Of a stretch of 64,000 nucleotides of DNA, positions 61,501 to 64,000 are shown piece after piece; the first letter of the stretch is position 1; each line of letters opens with the position of its first letter. The notes below the pieces were generated by a model. It ran no database searches. It saw nothing but the letters and a program-made list of their open reading frames with translations, and was not told where the DNA came from. This stretch comes from Haliotis rufescens (lineage: Eukaryota), in the NCBI RefSeq assembly GCF_023055435.1, contig NW_025963779.1, forward strand, positions 30,938,001 through 31,002,000, given 5' to 3'. The translations under genes and the position numbers were made by a program.

Positions 61501-63668
61501 AAAACCATAGTACTAGCCCACTCAGATACCATGCCACAGTTTAACACGATTACCCACTCAGAAACATTATACTGACTCGCAGCCGGCAGGTCCTTGTTTT
61601 ATCCTCTAAATGACGAGTGCAGGCAGGGTAACAACAAATATCAACGTTTAACGTCTTTTGCTGTGACGCGCTCTATCGACTAGACCGCGGTCGGCATCTC
61701 AACAATTAAAGTAGTGCTATCTATATAAGTATTGTTATATTCTTTAAGGCATTCGAAAGTTGAAAATCAAGTTCCATATAAATAACACATCTTCGAAATG
61801 GAACTCGCCTGAATAGAAAGGAATAAAAAAAAATTAGACTGAAATGAAATTTCAAGACGATTGTTAGGGTCGTGATTAGGTGAAATAACACGAATGAGAT
61901 TTTATATAAGGTCACATCATGAATCTCCTTTTCCCAGGGCATCCTTTTTTATGGAACTGACTTTGGCTCCGAAGGTCTACCCGTACCCCGAAAGCCGGGG
62001 CATCTATGGTCTGTTCTACACGAAGAATCCCCAAAGAATAATGATTGGTTGTTTTCCGCTAAATCCGCCATGTCTATTTTTAATCTGACGGCAACCTTCA
62101 AGCGACAGTCACATTACTCCTTCCCTACCATGTGGCTCCCCGTAAGTATACAAGAGAACCAAACTGTTTCTGGATAAAATATTGACACTAGAACAATTAT
62201 TCATCTTTGTTGCCGAATAGCACAGCTGGCATCAACGTTCCCTTCAAACACAACGTGGGGATTCCGGTTTGGAATAGGCTCCCAGCAATGGTTATCTTAA
62301 CAGGCGACTAAATGGATCGATGACTTGCATTTGGTTGACTACTTGAACCCTGCCGGTGTTGGACGTTACTCTTAATATCCGGGGCGGTCGGGTAGCCTAG
62401 TGGTTAAAGCGTTCGCTCGTCACGCCGATGACCCGGGTTCGATTCCCGACATGGGTACAATGTGTGAAGCTCATTTCTGGTGTCCTCCGCCGTGATATTG
62501 CTGGAATATTGCTCAAAGCGGCGTAAAACCATACTCACTCACTCACTAATCTTAATATCCGTAACTGGATTATCTGGTCCAGACTCCATCACATACAGAT
62601 CGCCCCCATATAGCTGGAATATGGCTGATTGCAGCTTTAAGAACAAACCAACAAACAGCCCTTGAACCAAAGCACAGATTCATATAAAGGCTTGGCTATG
62701 CCAGTTTACCTATGAAGTCAATTTACTCTGCCGCCTGTGGATACGTTCAATTTCAAGTACCTAAGTGATTGGTCCGACTTTACACTCAAATTGTCCGATT
62801 CATCAACACTGGAAATGGGCGATAGCCCCGGTCTCCTATAGAAAAAGTCAAACCCGGGTAAAGCTGCGAAAATCGTGTTACTTCTAGATAATTTTTTACC
62901 ACAGGCCTGTTGTTATTCTGACGAACCTAACTGATACTTTTGTCAACCGAGACCATTTAAGTTTGGTGAATAAGAGTGAGTGAGTGAGTGAGTGAGTGAG
63001 TATGGTTTTACGCCGCTTTTAGCAATATTCCAGCAATATCACGGCGGGGGCCACCAGAAATGGGCTTCACACATTTTACCCATGTCTGGAATCGAACCCG
63101 GGTCTTCGGCGTGAGGAGCTAACGCTTTAACCACTAGGCTACCCGACCGCCCCTGGTGAAAAAGAGGGCAATCAGAAAAACACACCATAATATGTAATTC
63201 GAAAATAACCATGATACACTTTATTAAAATTATACTCACTGAAGTCTTGTTCGTGATTACAAAAATCAGGGACAACGGCGCAGATCACTGTATTTGCTAC
63301 AAAGCACTGGTTTGTCTGGCCTAACATATTGGGTATTTTCGGAATTATAGGAGTCTTAAATGAGGACAGGAAGCATCCTGGAAACGTTATGACCAACAAT
63401 AAAGTTGCTATCAGTAAAGTGTTCAATCTCTTTTCATGTTCAATAATCATCGTAACTTGCAGGATGAGCGGGCTTTGACCGACACCCAGTACATGGTGTC
63501 CATCGCAGAGAAGAACCGCCTGAGAAGGGAAGGTCTGGCTCCTGTGGTGTTCGTCCACATGGACTGCCACACAGCCTCCGACCGCAGCCACTACATGAGA
63601 CTGCTGAATCAGTTCATAAAAATAGACTCCTACAGTGACTGTGAGCATAACAAGGATTTCCCTTCAAA
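49512..63668 (+). CDS. FUT10/11: FUT10/FUT11-like GT10 fucosyltransferase (type II membrane), 5' part; continues past the window. Exons 49512-49576, 58506-58588, 59701-59775, 60370-61448, 61938-62141, 63463-63668
   Basis: Short basic tail MAGCQRMAYRCMARYSRFFKSR, then TM LFLCLVGLAIMCVTVW, a long repeat stem, and FUT10/11-type motifs PVILSW, GILFYGTDF..GLPVPRKPGHLWSVLHEESPKNN, IFNLTATFKRQSH, LAPVVFVHMDC..SDR..Y...IKIDSYSDCEHNKDFP. All junctions are GT-AG and phase-consistent. Exons 1 and 3 are inferred from frame and splice fit. Confidence 0.85.
50674..51100. mobile_element. Same MITE, inverted, in fucosyltransferase intron 1
   Basis: Reverse complement of 46183-46603. Confidence 0.8.
53095..53381 (+). 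mobile_element. SINE family 3
   Basis: TSD ATGCTTCGATGC. Confidence 0.85.
55438..55609 (-). mobile_element. tRNA-derived SINE family 1
   Basis: Near-identical reverse copy; TSD GGGTCTGTAAGA. Confidence 0.85.
56045..56317 (+). mobile_element. tRNA-derived SINE family 3 (~280 bp). Copies at ~7627, 16481, 18665(-), 28374, 39126, 41280(-), 46983, 53095, 57679, 59270-59650, 59895
   Basis: A box TGGCCCAGTCGTCTAAGG, B box GGTTCGAATCC, 3' TTTCCTCCCACATT..GATATAACTGGAATACTGTT..GCGGCGTTAAACCCA(ACTC)n; TSD CACTGCAATGAA. Confidence 0.9.
57057..57198. other. Assembly gap (142 N)
   Basis: Run of N. Confidence 1.
60630..61110 (+). repeat. Coding 78-nt (26-aa) tandem repeat in the fucosyltransferase stem
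   Basis: CAGAATGTTAATCCTGGTCA recurs at 60714, 60792, 60870, 60948, 61026; unit QNVNPGQPNAAANIVQMNAAPQPALP. Confidence 0.95.
62380..62547 (+). mobile_element. tRNA-derived SINE family 1, nested in an old family 2 copy
   Basis: TSD TCTTAATATCC. Confidence 0.85.
62974..63153 (-). mobile_element. tRNA-derived SINE family 1
   Basis: Near-identical reverse copy with (GAGT)n end. Confidence 0.85.
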
Positions 63669-63731
63669 GTAGGTATTCAACGTCAACTAATTGTCACATC
63701 CAACGTCCTTTCAGATTTTGCACTCCATCCT

Positions 63732-64000
63732 GTCATAGTGTTCAACGTCCATTCAGTCATCGTGCTCAACGTCCTTGTGGTCATAGTGTATAACGTCCTT
63801 GTAGTCATAGTGTTTAATGTCCTCGTAGTCATAGTGTTTAACGTGAATTCAGTCATAGTGTTTAACGTCCTTTTGGTCATAGTGTTTAACGTCCTTGTGG
63901 TCATAGTGTTTACGTCCTTGTAGTCATAGTGTGCAACGCCAATTCAGTCATAGTGTTTACGTACTTGTAGTCATAGTGTTTAACGTCCATTCAGTCATAG
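63732..64000. repeat. 24-bp intronic minisatellite
   Basis: GTCATAGTGTTTAACGTCCTTGTA-type units; explains the repetitive ORFs there. Confidence 0.9.

Noticed and set aside
61894-62088. ORF-track protein MRFYIRSHHE...
   Set aside because: Wrong frame; the true exon (61938-62141) reads GILFYGTDF...HEESPKNN.
63683-63923. Repetitive ORFs (MTTRTLNT)n and (VIVFNVLV)n
   Set aside because: Translation of a 24-bp intronic minisatellite.

Overview
AT-rich, repeat-dense animal genomic DNA with spliced genes. The SINE repertoire suggests a mollusc, probably a gastropod (inference). Joining exons by hand across GT-AG sites with consistent phases gives: (1) four intact, signal-peptide-bearing phosphatidylethanolamine-binding protein (PEBP/RKIP family) genes plus a pseudo-exon. 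PEBP-A (minus, 7919-12604) has a C-terminal hydrophobic anchor, PEBP-B (25533-30564) is acidic, PEBP-C (37327-40712) is extremely basic and PEBP-D (43514-46103) is near neutral. (2) A single-CUB type I membrane protein with a PPxY cytoplasmic tail (16069-22195), embedded in the cluster head-to-head with PEBP-A. (3) The 5' part of a FUT10/FUT11-like (GT10) fucosyltransferase (49512 to beyond the window) with a ~300-aa Q/P/N/A repeat stem. (4) Possibly the 5' end of a minus-strand gene at the left edge. Introns and intergenic DNA contain at least four SINE families, several MITEs and non-autonomous DNA transposons (P-like, Tigger-like, Kolobok-like, piggyBac-like, Harbinger-like), LINE/DIRS/mariner relics, minisatellites and one N gap. 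The two most notable observations are the diversified secreted/anchored PEBP cluster with its embedded CUB receptor, and a very abundant SINE whose 5' head is not a tRNA but a covarying pseudoknotted RNA (a candidate self-cleaving ribozyme).
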